Assembly (NCBI GenBank): GCA_944391415.1
Contig: CALXTM010000006.1
Coordinates: 9,488-73,487 of the forward strand
Source of the DNA: an uncultured Alphaproteobacteria bacterium
GTDB taxonomy: Bacteria > Pseudomonadota > Alphaproteobacteria > RF32 > CAG-239
DNA: 64,000 nt
Direction: 5' to 3'
In this document: positions 16,802-26,561 of the stretch, piece by piece
How positions within the stretch are numbered: the first letter of the stretch is position 1
How the letters are laid out: each line of letters starts with the position of its first letter
Program-made: the position numbers and the translations under genes
The notes under the pieces: model-generated
The model's input: only the letters and a program-made list of their open reading frames with translations
Told to the model about the DNA's origin: nothing
The model's database searches: none

Positions 16802-17752
16802 TTATTTGCGGTAGGAGGCGCGGCGGATACGGTCATTGATGGCAAGCCCAAGTCCGATATCGGGGATTGGTGCCATGGCAATGGCAGGATATTGGCTTTG
16901 CTCTTCTGCCAAATGCATAAAAGCAAACAAATTGGCGGCGGCCTCAACCAGGTTGCCGCTTTTGCTTAGATTGAGGTTACCATCTTGATTGCCAAACCCA
17001 ATGTAGAACTCATCGTCGCGGCGGTCTTGGGCAAGAACATTGATGCGCATGGGAATTTTGGGCGCATAGTGTTTGAGCAGTTGTCCCGGGGATGATGGTT
17101 GATCGGGATTGCCATGAGAAACAAGTATTTTTTCACCCAAAAACGACTCCAATTCTTCTTTGGCCAGACCACCGGCACGCAAAATAACCGCTTGGTTGGT
17201 GGTGAGGTCGAGGATGGTTGATTCTACACCGACCATGCATGAGCCACCGTCAAGTATCATATCTACTTTGGTGCCAAGGCTGTCGTATACATGACGAGCA
17301 GTGGTCGGAGAAATGCTTTGCGAGCGGTTGGCTGACGGAGCGGCAATCGGCACGCCGGAGTGTCTTATCAGCTCAAGAGCTATTGGATGGTTGGGCATGC
17401 GCACCGTCATGGTTTGAAGACCGGCACAGACCAAATCAAGCGCCGGGTCAAAGTTTTTGCGCTTAACCACAAAAGTTAACGGACCAGGCCAAAAGTGATG
17501 CGCTAAAGCAAGCATGCGTTCATCAGTTATGGCAAGTTCGTCAAGCATGGCAAAATCTGCAATATGTGAAATAAGCGGGTTAAAAGTGGGACGCCCTTTG
17601 ACGGCAAAAATATTGGCTACGGCCTTAGAATTAAAAACATTGGCACCTAAACCATAGACAGTCTCAGTCGGAAAAGCAACGAGCCCGCCGTCTTTGATAA
17701 TTTGTGCCGCCTCGGATAATGATTTGGAGGTGTATGGATAAATGTTAGTCAT
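16802..17752 (-). CDS. tsaC: L-threonylcarbamoyladenylate synthase (Sua5/YrdC long form)
   Basis: FPTETVYGLGANVF, RPTFNPLISH and SANRS motifs plus a Sua5 C-terminal domain. Likely start is MTNIYPY at 17752, overlapping the upstream ORF stop (ATGACTAA). The ORF track extends it to 17827. Confidence 0.85.
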   Translation of the reverse strand: MTNIYPYTSKSLSEAAQIIKDGGLVAFPTETVYGLGANVFNSKAVANIFAVKGRPTFNPLISHIADFAMLDELAITDERMLALAHHFWPGPLTFVVKRKNFDPALDLVCAGLQTMTVRMPNHPIALELIRHSGVPIAAPSANRSQSISPTTARHVYDSLGTKVDMILDGGSCMVGVESTILDLTTNQAVILRAGGLAKEELESFLGEKILVSHGNPDQPSSPGQLLKHYAPKIPMRINVLAQDRRDDEFYIGFGNQDGNLNLSKSGNLVEAAANLFAFMHLAEEQSQYPAIAMAPIPDIGLGLAINDRIRRASYRK

Positions 17753-18161
17753 CGATTTGTAATATATACCTTGCAGCATCTGGAAAATTTTTAAAAGTAT
17801 GTAGCACCATAAAGGTCGATTTGTCAATCAACAAATAATTCTGTGTGGCTGCTTGCCAGGCAATATATGTTTCAGAGGTGGCACCTAGGAGTAAAATATT
17901 TTGATGTTGGGGGCTGTCTGCCATAATGTTTTCGGCCAAAAGGTCATAGAGAGAATGTTTGTTGATATCAATACCAAAAATACAACGTCCTTCTGCTAAA
18001 AATCCGTTGTAATGTTTTAGAAACTCTATAACATCGGCGGGGATTGACGGCAATCCGCAGGAAATTAAGGCTGATTGTTCCCGATTGATTGCTTTCTCAT
18101 CAAGAGGATAGCCGGTAATGCCATAATCAAGCGTGTTAATTTGAGCAAGGAGACGTTTCAT
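17745..18161 (-). CDS. SMI1/KNR4 (SUKH)-like immunity protein
   Basis: 138 aa. GLPSIPADVIEFLKHYNGF...IFGI...LLLGATSETYIAW fits the SUKH pattern by eye. ATGA overlap with the upstream nuclease gene. Confidence 0.55.
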   Translation of the reverse strand: MKRLLAQINTLDYGITGYPLDEKAINREQSALISCGLPSIPADVIEFLKHYNGFLAEGRCIFGIDINKHSLYDLLAENIMADSPQHQNILLLGATSETYIAWQAATQNYLLIDKSTFMVLHTFKNFPDAARYILQIDD

Positions 18162-19225
18162 CGTCCGTCCTTAGACAAAGATGGTGTCTTGAGCTTGCCG
18201 CGAAAATACAGGCGTTCTTTTTCGGGATTGCGAATAATTTGAAATTCGCGTAAAAAACCGCCAAAAAATATAATGTTGCGATTGAGGTCAATCTCAGTTG
18301 GCGTGTGCAAAACTTTGTGATGCGGAAAATTAAAACATAAAGATAAATTGGAAATGTCATTGGCCTGCGAATAATCGTCAAACTCGTTGGCATATTGGCG
18401 ATTTTTGATATGATGGACACTAAATATTTCTGAGACATATCTGACTTCTGGCGGACATCTTTTGGTCTGTTTGTCAAGATAGTTGATATAGGTTAGAAAA
18501 TCTTTGGCTTGTTTTTCTTTGCCAAGCAAAGCCATCTTTTCACTGAATTCTTGCCCATAGCAAGCAGAAAACATTTTGAGAAAACGCGTGCGTTGGTTTG
18601 GCATTTTGTGTGCCGGGCATTCACGGTTGTGAATATTTATCATATCCAGCATATCAAAAAATGTAAGTTGGTTTAACTGTTCAAGGGGATAATTTATTTT
18701 GGCTAATTGGTTGCATATTTGATGATGCATAAAATGAAAACTGTTGAATTTTTTCATCTCTTGCCAAGAAGGAACTTGATTGAGGTCATATTCTGATGGC
18801 TGGTATAATGACTGTAACGGATATTTTTCGGTGCTTTCTTTGGCTAGACGGTAGGGAGAGGATAAATCATCCTGGCTCGGAATAAAACGCAGTCCTTCGA
18901 AATCAATATCTATTATCATCGTTTGTTCGCGCGAAAGAGGCGTTTGATCGGGAGGGGTGATATGCGGGGTGCCGATACCATAAAAAGCTATCAGCATTTC
19001 GAGCTCCGATTTAAGATGTTTCATTGCCGGGGAAGATGCTTTTTTGTTTTTGTTGGCTGATGAATTGTTCTTTTTTTCGCCACAGGTATCTTTGCTTTTG
19101 TAGTTGTTGCCTTTGTATTCGCGATAACGGGTTTGAAATAAAGTGTGTAATATACAGCTAAGTGAAGCGACAACTGCTTCTTCTTCTTTGCGGAGATGAG
19201 ATATATGTTTTTTCTTTTTACCCAT
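18158..19225 (-). CDS. HNH/EndoVII-fold nuclease domain protein (candidate toxin/effector) with novel N-terminal region
   Basis: C-terminal SVHHIKNRQY...NDISNLSLCFNFPHHKVLH matches the HH-N-H beta-beta-alpha-metal motif. Lys-rich N-terminus MGKKKKHISHLRK. No signal peptide and no recognisable trafficking domain. Confidence 0.55.
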   Translation of the reverse strand: MGKKKKHISHLRKEEEAVVASLSCILHTLFQTRYREYKGNNYKSKDTCGEKKNNSSANKNKKASSPAMKHLKSELEMLIAFYGIGTPHITPPDQTPLSREQTMIIDIDFEGLRFIPSQDDLSSPYRLAKESTEKYPLQSLYQPSEYDLNQVPSWQEMKKFNSFHFMHHQICNQLAKINYPLEQLNQLTFFDMLDMINIHNRECPAHKMPNQRTRFLKMFSACYGQEFSEKMALLGKEKQAKDFLTYINYLDKQTKRCPPEVRYVSEIFSVHHIKNRQYANEFDDYSQANDISNLSLCFNFPHHKVLHTPTEIDLNRNIIFFGGFLREFQIIRNPEKERLYFRGKLKTPSLSKDGR

Positions 19226-19377
19226 GGTACGTATTTGCGCTTTGTTTGTCTAAAAATAGCATTTATTTGTAATTTTGTCTAGAAGATTCGTTGTAATTGT
19301 TGAAAAAGATGTTTGCGTTATATTAACTAATTGGAGCTTACAATAAACTAACAAAAAAAGGTTGTAGGAGAATCATC

Positions 19378-20793
19378 ATGTTAGAAGTGGTGTTTAGCAA
19401 CAAAAAGCCTTTGGCAAAAAAGACCAAAGTTATTTTGATGTATGAACAAAAGAATGTACAAGCCGATTTTTTAACCACGGATGAGGCCGAATTGGTAAAA
19501 AAAGCAATAGTTCAGGCGGATTTTTGCGGTAAAACGGGGCAGTTTGTCGAGGTATTTGGCGGCAGAGCCAAGATATTGTTGGCAGGAATCGGAAAACAGG
19601 GTGATAATTTGGCATTGCAAAAGGTTGGTTGTGAGCTGTTTGGCAGATTGTATCATGATGAAACAGCCTATATAGCGGCAGAAGATGATAATGAGGGCAT
19701 AAATATTGCTTATGGCTTGTTGTTGGGCTCTTATAGTTTTGATAAATATAAAACCGAGAAAAAAGCCGATGATTTTGCTAAATTGGAGCAAATTGTCGTA
19801 AAAGCGAGCAATGCCGAAAAGGCCCAAGAAAATTTTAAGATGTATTTGGCATTGGTAACAGCAATAAGATATGCAAGAGATTTGGGTAATGAACCGGCCA
19901 ACTATCTGACGCCGGAGGTTTTTGCTTTGGATGTCGAAAGATTGCGCTATTTGGGGCTTCAGGTCGAAGTGTTGGATGAGAAGGCAATCAGGTTGAACGG
20001 GTTGGGGTTGATTGATGCCGTGGGTAAAGGCAGCAAAAATCCTCCTCGATTGGTGGTTGCGGCGTGGCTTGGAAACAGAGCAAGCTCGGAGTATGATTTG
20101 GCAATTGTAGGCAAAGGAATTTGTTTTGATGCCGGGGGAATGAGTTTGAAATCCAATGCCGGTATGGTCGAGATGAAAATGGATATGACCGGGGCGGCGG
20201 CAGCAATTGCCTCATTAAAAGCGTTGGCTTTACAAAGAGTACGCAAAAATATTGTGGCTGTAGTAGGGCTGGCCGAAAATATGCCGGGCGGAAACGCCAT
20301 GAAAATCGGTGATGTTTATACTGCATATGACGGCAAAACAGTAGAGATTATGAATGCCGATGCCGAAGGACGTTTGGTGGTGGCTGATTGTTTAGCCTAT
20401 GTGCAGAAAAATTATCAGGTAAAAAATGTGGTAGATTTGGCAACGTTGGGCTCTTTGAAAACGACATTGGGCAATGTCTATGCCGGAGTATTTGCCAATG
20501 ACAAAAAACTGGCCGAAAAGTTGATTGAAGCAGGGGAAAAAACAGGCGAAAAATTATGGTTGATGCCTCTTGATAAAGAATATGATAAAATGCTTACATC
20601 AACAATTGCCGATATGCGAAATATTGCCATCGATAATAAAGCATCAATCGTTTCGGCTGCTTTTTTGGAACGATTTATTGAAAAAGGTATTAGGTGGGCT
20701 CATATAGACATTAGCGGAATGCGATTGGACAAAAACGGATTGGCATCGGGTTTCGGGGTTAAGTTGCTTAATGAATTTATCAGAGGATTGTGA
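19378..20793 (+). CDS. pepA: Leucyl aminopeptidase (M17)
   Basis: VGKGICFDAGGMSLK and NADAEGRLVVADCLAY motifs. Confidence 0.9.
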   Translation: MLEVVFSNKKPLAKKTKVILMYEQKNVQADFLTTDEAELVKKAIVQADFCGKTGQFVEVFGGRAKILLAGIGKQGDNLALQKVGCELFGRLYHDETAYIAAEDDNEGINIAYGLLLGSYSFDKYKTEKKADDFAKLEQIVVKASNAEKAQENFKMYLALVTAIRYARDLGNEPANYLTPEVFALDVERLRYLGLQVEVLDEKAIRLNGLGLIDAVGKGSKNPPRLVVAAWLGNRASSEYDLAIVGKGICFDAGGMSLKSNAGMVEMKMDMTGAAAAIASLKALALQRVRKNIVAVVGLAENMPGGNAMKIGDVYTAYDGKTVEIMNADAEGRLVVADCLAYVQKNYQVKNVVDLATLGSLKTTLGNVYAGVFANDKKLAEKLIEAGEKTGEKLWLMPLDKEYDKMLTSTIADMRNIAIDNKASIVSAAFLERFIEKGIRWAHIDISGMRLDKNGLASGFGVKLLNEFIRGL

Positions 20794-20794
20794 G

Positions 20795-21919
20795 ATGAAA
20801 ATAGATGAGAGAATTACTAAGCTTGCAGAAAAGATATTAAAAAATTCGGTTGAGCTTAAAAAAGGTGAAAAAATTTATATTGAGGCTTTTAGCGAATCGA
20901 CCAAAGATTTATTTAATGAATTTATCAGAATAGCTGCCAAAATGGGAGCAATACCATTTTATTTTTATAATGACAACTCATTTGTTAAAAATCTGGTAGA
21001 AAATTCCAATCCTAATCAGATTGAGCAATATGCCAAATGGCATGCCGGACTGATGGATGAGATGGATTGTTATGTGGCGGTGAGAGGATATGATGATTTG
21101 TTTGCGCTGTCGGATATTGCACCGGCCAAGATGAAAGCCTATAATCAAATCTATTATAATATGGTGCATTTTGACAGGAGAATTGCCAAAACCCGCTGGT
21201 GTGTGATGCGCTATCCCAATGATACGATGGCGGCGGTGTCTAAGATGTCACGCAAAGCGTTGGAGGATTTTTTCTTTGAGGCTTGTTTGGTTGATTATAA
21301 AAAAATGGGCAAGGCAATGAAGCCTTTGAAAGATTTGATGGACAAGACCGATAAAGTGCGCATTAAAGGCCCAAACACCGATCTTGAGTTTTCGATTAAA
21401 GGGTTAAAGGCAATTGTTTGTGACGGAAAGATGAATATCCCGGACGGCGAGGTTTATACCGCTCCGGTCAAAAATTCAATCAATGGGCATATTCAGTTTA
21501 ATACCGACACGGTATATGGCGGAACTTTTTATTCCAACGTCTATCTGGAGTTTAAGGACGGCAAAATCATCAAAGCTGAAAGCCGTGCCAATAACGACAA
21601 ATTGCAAAAGCAAATCAACGTTGATGAGGGGGCGCGCTATATGGGCGAATTTGCCATCGGGGTTAATCCTTATATCAGGAAAGAAATGCTTGATATTTTG
21701 TTTGATGAAAAAATTGCCTGCTCGTTGCATATGGCGATAGGCAACTCTTATAATGACGAAACCTTTAACGGCAACCGCTCGAGTGTGCATTGGGATTTAG
21801 TCTTAATCCAAGATAAAGCCCACGGCGGCGGTGAGATTTGGTTTGACGATAAATTGGTGCGCAAAGACGGTTTGTTTGTTCTGCCGGAGTTGAAAAAACT
21901 TAATCCTGGTAACTTGTGA
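20795..21919 (+). CDS. Aminopeptidase, M29 (AmpS/PepS) family
   Basis: About 375 aa with an M29-like sequence (GEFAIGVNP, SLHMAIGNSY). ATG at 20795 lies one base after the pepA stop. The ORF track extends it to 20771. Confidence 0.8.
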   Translation: MKIDERITKLAEKILKNSVELKKGEKIYIEAFSESTKDLFNEFIRIAAKMGAIPFYFYNDNSFVKNLVENSNPNQIEQYAKWHAGLMDEMDCYVAVRGYDDLFALSDIAPAKMKAYNQIYYNMVHFDRRIAKTRWCVMRYPNDTMAAVSKMSRKALEDFFFEACLVDYKKMGKAMKPLKDLMDKTDKVRIKGPNTDLEFSIKGLKAIVCDGKMNIPDGEVYTAPVKNSINGHIQFNTDTVYGGTFYSNVYLEFKDGKIIKAESRANNDKLQKQINVDEGARYMGEFAIGVNPYIRKEMLDILFDEKIACSLHMAIGNSYNDETFNGNRSSVHWDLVLIQDKAHGGGEIWFDDKLVRKDGLFVLPELKKLNPGNL

Positions 21920-21923
21920 CAAC

Positions 21924-21958
21924 AAAAAACTCTTGCCTTTGGGGGCAAGAGTTTTTTT
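21924..21958. terminator. Bidirectional terminator
   Basis: aaaaaACTCTTGCCtttgggGGCAAGAGTttttttt between convergent genes. Confidence 0.7.
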
Positions 21959-21960
21959 GT

Positions 21961-22635
21961 TTAGCTTACATCTGAAGAGATAGAAAATGGCGCTCTCTCA
22001 ATAAAAAATCCTGCTTTATTTTTTTTGAGGGACCAAATCTGATCGTCATGGGAGAAAAATTCTCCTAGCTTGACAGGACGTGACAGAAAATCATAGATGC
22101 TGATTTCATTGCCTTCATCGTCCTCAAATAGCTCAGCATCGTCGGCAAATGTCGGTATTAATAAAGAAATGCCGGTGGCATCTTTGACTGACCATGCCGT
22201 GGTTACGAAGCTGTTGTCTTCAGGGTCATAGAGTTTGACAAGCCTGCAATCTTTTACGGTAAAGCCGATGTGTTGGCTAAGGAAGAACGCAAAATATTCA
22301 CTCCAATAAATGGTTACTTTATAAATAACCCGGTCCTTGCTGAAATAATACAAATCCCAATTTCTGTAAAAGAACCTGTCTTCTTCAATGGGATAAATGG
22401 TATATTGTGGCAAGGGAGTGTGATAATTTTCAACATCATAGTCCTTAAAAGCCGGAAAGATGTGCGGAGCATCTTCATCAAGGGCGTACCAAACAACCTC
22501 AGAATGTTGGCTTAATTCAATGATGCCAAGTTTTGCAATACCATGACCACCAAGGCGTTTTATATAATTAGATGCTGATTGGCAATCAGGATAATAGCAG
22601 TCTTCATAAGCAAGCTCTAAAAAATTTGAATCCAT
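21961..22635 (-). CDS. Hypothetical acidic cytoplasmic protein (orphan)
   Basis: 224-aa ORF bracketed by terminators. No motif I recognise. Confidence 0.5.
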   Translation of the reverse strand: MDSNFLELAYEDCYYPDCQSASNYIKRLGGHGIAKLGIIELSQHSEVVWYALDEDAPHIFPAFKDYDVENYHTPLPQYTIYPIEEDRFFYRNWDLYYFSKDRVIYKVTIYWSEYFAFFLSQHIGFTVKDCRLVKLYDPEDNSFVTTAWSVKDATGISLLIPTFADDAELFEDDEGNEISIYDFLSRPVKLGEFFSHDDQIWSLKKNKAGFFIERAPFSISSDVS

Positions 22636-22699
22636 AATAATTTGTATTTAATGTTTGTTTATAGACAAATTTAAGCATTTTAGATGTTTTTTGTCAAAT

Positions 22700-22736
22700 A
22701 AAAAAACTCCCCAACAAAATTGTCAGGGAGTTTTTG
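22700..22736 (-). terminator. Terminator downstream of the PFOR gene
   Basis: aaaaaaACTCCC-caacaaaattgtca-GGGAGTtttt. On the minus strand the T-run follows the hairpin. Confidence 0.5.
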
Positions 22737-22750
22737 GGTTAGCCTTTAGG

Positions 22751-25700
22751 TTATTCGACTACTTTGAACTCAGCCATGTGCTCTAATAAAGAACGTTTTT
22801 CGTTGACATTCTCTTGAGCCTTGTTGAGCAAGTGCTCGTATCTTTCCGGATTTTGTTTGTTAACAATCTGGAAACGAGTCTCATTGGCCATATAGTCAGC
22901 CAAAGGTTTGGTCGGAGCCTTAGAATCCAAGGTCAAAGGAGCTTTGCCCTCGTGAATGTTCTCAGGATTGTAACGATACAGCGGCCAAGAACCTGATTCA
23001 ACGGCGGCTTTTTGGTGAGCAAGACCGTCAATCAAGTTGAAGCCTTGAGCAATACAATGCGAGTAGGCAATGATGATGGAAGGTCCATCATAAGCCTCGG
23101 CCTCGTTCATGGCTTTGATTACCTGAGTATCATTGGCACCGATTGAAACTTGGGCAACATAGACATTGCCATAGGACATGGCAATCATACCCAAATCTTT
23201 CTTCGGCAATGATTTACCGGCAGTAGCAAACTTGGCCGAAGCACCCATCGGGGTGGCCTTGGATTGTTGTCCGCCGGTGTTGGAGTAAACGCCGGTATCC
23301 ATTACCAAGATATTGATGTTTTTGCCCGAGGCAATGGCATGGTCAAGACCGCCGAAACCAATATCATAGGCCCAACCGTCGCCGCCCAAAATCCAAACCG
23401 ACTTCTTAATCAAATAATCGGCCAATTTGTCCAAATGTTTGGCCTCAGGAGTGTTGATTGAGGCTAATTTTTCACGCAATTGTTTTACCAAATCACGTTG
23501 CTCATCAATCTCAACATCGTTCTTTTGCGGGTTGTTCAACAATTTTTCAACCAAATCGGCACCAACTTTGTCTTTTAAGCCGTCAAGGAGCTGTTTGGCA
23601 AAGCCGGTTTGCTGGTCGATTGAGAAACGCATACCCAAGCCAAATTCGGCGTTGTCTTCAAATAAAGAGTTGGACCAAGCCGGACCATGACCTTTGTCGT
23701 CTTTGGCATAAGGTGTGGTCGGCAAGTTGCCGGAGTAAATCGAAGAGCATCCGGTAGCGTTGGCAACAACCATACGATCGCCAAACAATTGGGTTAACAA
23801 TTTGATGTAAGGTGTCTCACCGCAGCCAGCACAAGCACCAGAGAACTCAAACAAAGGCTGAATCATCTGGGTGGTCTTGGGCAAGTTCTTGGCAACCTCG
23901 GTTCTCTTTACATAAGGCAAGGTCTCAAAGAACTTCCAGTTGGCTTTTTCGGCTTCCAAATGGTTTTCGATATGATCCATGTTGATAGCTTTGAGCTCGG
24001 GGTTGGTTTTGTTCTTAGCCGGGCAGGCCGAGGTACAAATACCGCAACCCGTGCAGTCTTCAGGCGAAAGCTGCCAAATGAATTTCTTGCCGGCAAACTC
24101 TTTGCCTTTGTAGTCGGCTGATTTGAGTGATGTCGGAGCATTTTTCAACTCCTCTTCCGAGGCAACTTTTAATCTGATTACACCATGCGGGCAAACCAGC
24201 GAGCACTTGCCGCATTGAATACAAGTCTCGGGATCCCAAACCGGAATCTCGGTTGCAATGCAGCGCTTTTCGTACTTGGTTGTGCCGGTCGGCCAGGTAC
24301 CGTCGGCAACATCGGCAAATGCAGATACCGGAAGTTGGTCGCCACGGTCGGCAATAATCTCGCCGGTAACCTTCTTTACAAACTCTGGTGCATCGGAGGG
24401 AACCGGAAGCAAACGATGGAAGGTTGAGGTAACCTCTGAGGGGTATTCAACTTTGTGAAGATGAGCCAGAGATGCATCAACCGCGGCAAAGTTCTTTTGA
24501 ACAATGGCATCGCCCTTCTTAGAATAGGTCTTCTTGATGGCATTTTTGATTTGCTCAATGGCCTCGTCTTTGGGCAAGATGTTGGAAATAGCAAAGAAGC
24601 AAGCCTGCATAATGGTGTTGATGCGTTGGCCCATGCCGGTTGCGCGGGCAACTTCTACTGCATTGATGGTGTAGAAGTTGAGCTTCTTGGCAATAATTTC
24701 CTCTTGAACCTCAATCGGGAGGTGATTCCAAACCTCACCGGCCTCATAAGGAGCATTGAGTAAGAATGTGGCACCTGGTTTGGCAATCTTTAAGATGTCA
24801 ACCTTGGCCATAAACGGAAATTGGTGACAAGCGACAAAGTCTGCCTTGTTAATCAAATAGGCGGCTTTAATCGGGTGGTCAGAAAAACGCAGGTGCGATG
24901 TGGTCATAGAGCCAGATTTGCGCGAATCGTAAACAAAATAGCCCTGACCATATTTGCCGGCGTCTTCGGCAATGATTTTAATAGAGTTTTTGTTGGCACC
25001 AACCGTACCATCGGCACCCAAGCCATAGAATACGGCGCGGACAACATCTTTGCCCTCAGTGTCAATATCATCAGAATAGGGCAGTGAGGTGTTGTTGACA
25101 TCGTCATTAATACCAACCGAGAAACCGTTAATCGGTTTCATTGAAGCACCATTGTCATAGACGGCACGAACCATGCCAGGAGTGAACTCTTTGGACGACA
25201 AACCATAGCGGCCGCCAAAAACACGCGGCATAGAGGCAATCTCGCCATTGGCAAAAGCTTGGGTCAATGTGGCAACAACATCCAAGTACAAAGGTTCGCC
25301 AATAGAGCCAGATTCTTTGGTGCGGTCCAAAACATTAACAACCTTAACCGACTTAGGTAAAGCTTTGATAAACGATTTCTCCGGGAACGGACGGTACAAA
25401 TGAACTTTCATCAAGCCGACATTGTAGCCGTTGTTGTTTAGGTAGTTGATGGTTTCTTCAACCGTTTCGGCACCGGAACCCATGATAACAATAACTTGCT
25501 CGGCGTTTTCGGGGCCAACATAGTCAACAACATGATATTGACGGCCAGAGATTTTGGCAAACTTGTCCATCTCTTGTTGAACAATGCCTTCTACCTGTTT
25601 ATAGTATTTGTTGCAAGCCTCACGTCCCTGGAAGAAAACATCAGGGTTTTGGGCAGTACCGCGGATAACCGGCTTTTCCGGACGCAAAGCATGCTCGGCG

Positions 25701-26311
25701 TTGAATGAATAATCAACACCTTCCAACATGGCTCTTAAATCGTCGTCAGAAAGTAATTTAATCTTTTTAATTTCGTGCGAAGTGCGGAAACCGTCAAAGA
25801 AATGCATAAACGGAACACGCGAACGCAAAGTAGATGTCTGAGCAATGGCGGCAAAGTCATGAGCCTCTTGCACCGAGTTGGAGCAGAGCATGGCAAAACC
25901 GGTTTGGCGGCAAGACATAACGTCAGAGTGATCGCCAAAGATTGACAAAGCATGGTAGGCCAACGAACGAGCGGCAACATGCATTACAAACGGGCTCAAC
26001 TCACCGGCGATTTTGTACATGTTGGGGATCATCAACAACAAGCCTTGCGAGGCGGTAAAGGTGGTGGTCAAAGCACCGGCCTGGATAGAACCATGGCAAG
26101 CACCGGCCGCACCGGCCTCAGATTGCATCTCTTGAACCTCTGGGACAACACCCCAAATGTTCTTTTGTTTGGCAGCAGACCATGCATCGGCCCATTCGCC
26201 CATCGGAGATGACGGGGTAATCGGGTAGATGACACAGACTTCGTTCATGCGGTGGGCAACCGAAGCAGCAGCCTCGTTGCCATCCATCATTTTCATTTTT
26301 ACTTCAGACAT
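22751..26311 (-). CDS. nifJ: Pyruvate:ferredoxin (flavodoxin) oxidoreductase, single-polypeptide NifJ/PFOR type
   Basis: 1186 aa. N-terminal MDGNEAAASVAH...YPITPSS, two 4Fe-4S motifs (CIQCGKCSLVCPH, CTGCGICTSACP) and a TPP-binding GGDGWAYDIGFGGLDH region. Confidence 0.95.
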   Translation of the reverse strand: MSEVKMKMMDGNEAAASVAHRMNEVCVIYPITPSSPMGEWADAWSAAKQKNIWGVVPEVQEMQSEAGAAGACHGSIQAGALTTTFTASQGLLLMIPNMYKIAGELSPFVMHVAARSLAYHALSIFGDHSDVMSCRQTGFAMLCSNSVQEAHDFAAIAQTSTLRSRVPFMHFFDGFRTSHEIKKIKLLSDDDLRAMLEGVDYSFNAEHALRPEKPVIRGTAQNPDVFFQGREACNKYYKQVEGIVQQEMDKFAKISGRQYHVVDYVGPENAEQVIVIMGSGAETVEETINYLNNNGYNVGLMKVHLYRPFPEKSFIKALPKSVKVVNVLDRTKESGSIGEPLYLDVVATLTQAFANGEIASMPRVFGGRYGLSSKEFTPGMVRAVYDNGASMKPINGFSVGINDDVNNTSLPYSDDIDTEGKDVVRAVFYGLGADGTVGANKNSIKIIAEDAGKYGQGYFVYDSRKSGSMTTSHLRFSDHPIKAAYLINKADFVACHQFPFMAKVDILKIAKPGATFLLNAPYEAGEVWNHLPIEVQEEIIAKKLNFYTINAVEVARATGMGQRINTIMQACFFAISNILPKDEAIEQIKNAIKKTYSKKGDAIVQKNFAAVDASLAHLHKVEYPSEVTSTFHRLLPVPSDAPEFVKKVTGEIIADRGDQLPVSAFADVADGTWPTGTTKYEKRCIATEIPVWDPETCIQCGKCSLVCPHGVIRLKVASEEELKNAPTSLKSADYKGKEFAGKKFIWQLSPEDCTGCGICTSACPAKNKTNPELKAINMDHIENHLEAEKANWKFFETLPYVKRTEVAKNLPKTTQMIQPLFEFSGACAGCGETPYIKLLTQLFGDRMVVANATGCSSIYSGNLPTTPYAKDDKGHGPAWSNSLFEDNAEFGLGMRFSIDQQTGFAKQLLDGLKDKVGADLVEKLLNNPQKNDVEIDEQRDLVKQLREKLASINTPEAKHLDKLADYLIKKSVWILGGDGWAYDIGFGGLDHAIASGKNINILVMDTGVYSNTGGQQSKATPMGASAKFATAGKSLPKKDLGMIAMSYGNVYVAQVSIGANDTQVIKAMNEAEAYDGPSIIIAYSHCIAQGFNLIDGLAHQKAAVESGSWPLYRYNPENIHEGKAPLTLDSKAPTKPLADYMANETRFQIVNKQNPERYEHLLNKAQENVNEKRSLLEHMAEFKVVE

Positions 26312-26530
26312 ATTTCATCCTTAAAGTTAACGTTAATAAAACAAAAAAGCCATTGTCAAATTAGACGGTTTTACGCCTGATCTGCCGGCTTTTTAATACA
26401 GAATCCTATTCTTGCGTGCCTTATAGCATCGAAGCGATAAAAAATCCAGCAAAAAATTATTTTTAACCAATGATTTTTGAGTATGTTGGAATGAAAAATC
26501 GTGTGTTTTCGAAATTTTGTCAAAAAGCGC

Positions 26531-26559
26531 TTGCGTGGGTAGCAAAAATGTGGTATAAA
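26531..26559 (+). promoter_or_regulatory. Candidate extended -10 sigma70 promoter
   Basis: TTGCGT (26531-26536), 17-nt spacer ending in TGg, TATAAA (26554-26559). Confidence 0.4.
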
Positions 26560-26561
26560 TA

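Noticed and set aside
18136-18477. 113-aa minus-strand ORF overlapping the nuclease gene 3' region in another frame
   Set aside because: It overlaps the 355-aa ORF that carries the HNH motif (and the first codons of the immunity gene), and has no independent RBS or motif.
22814-26212. Many 60-100 aa ORFs on both strands inside the PFOR gene
   Set aside because: They lie inside or antisense to a 1186-aa ORF with unambiguous PFOR motifs, and are by-products of its GC-richer composition.
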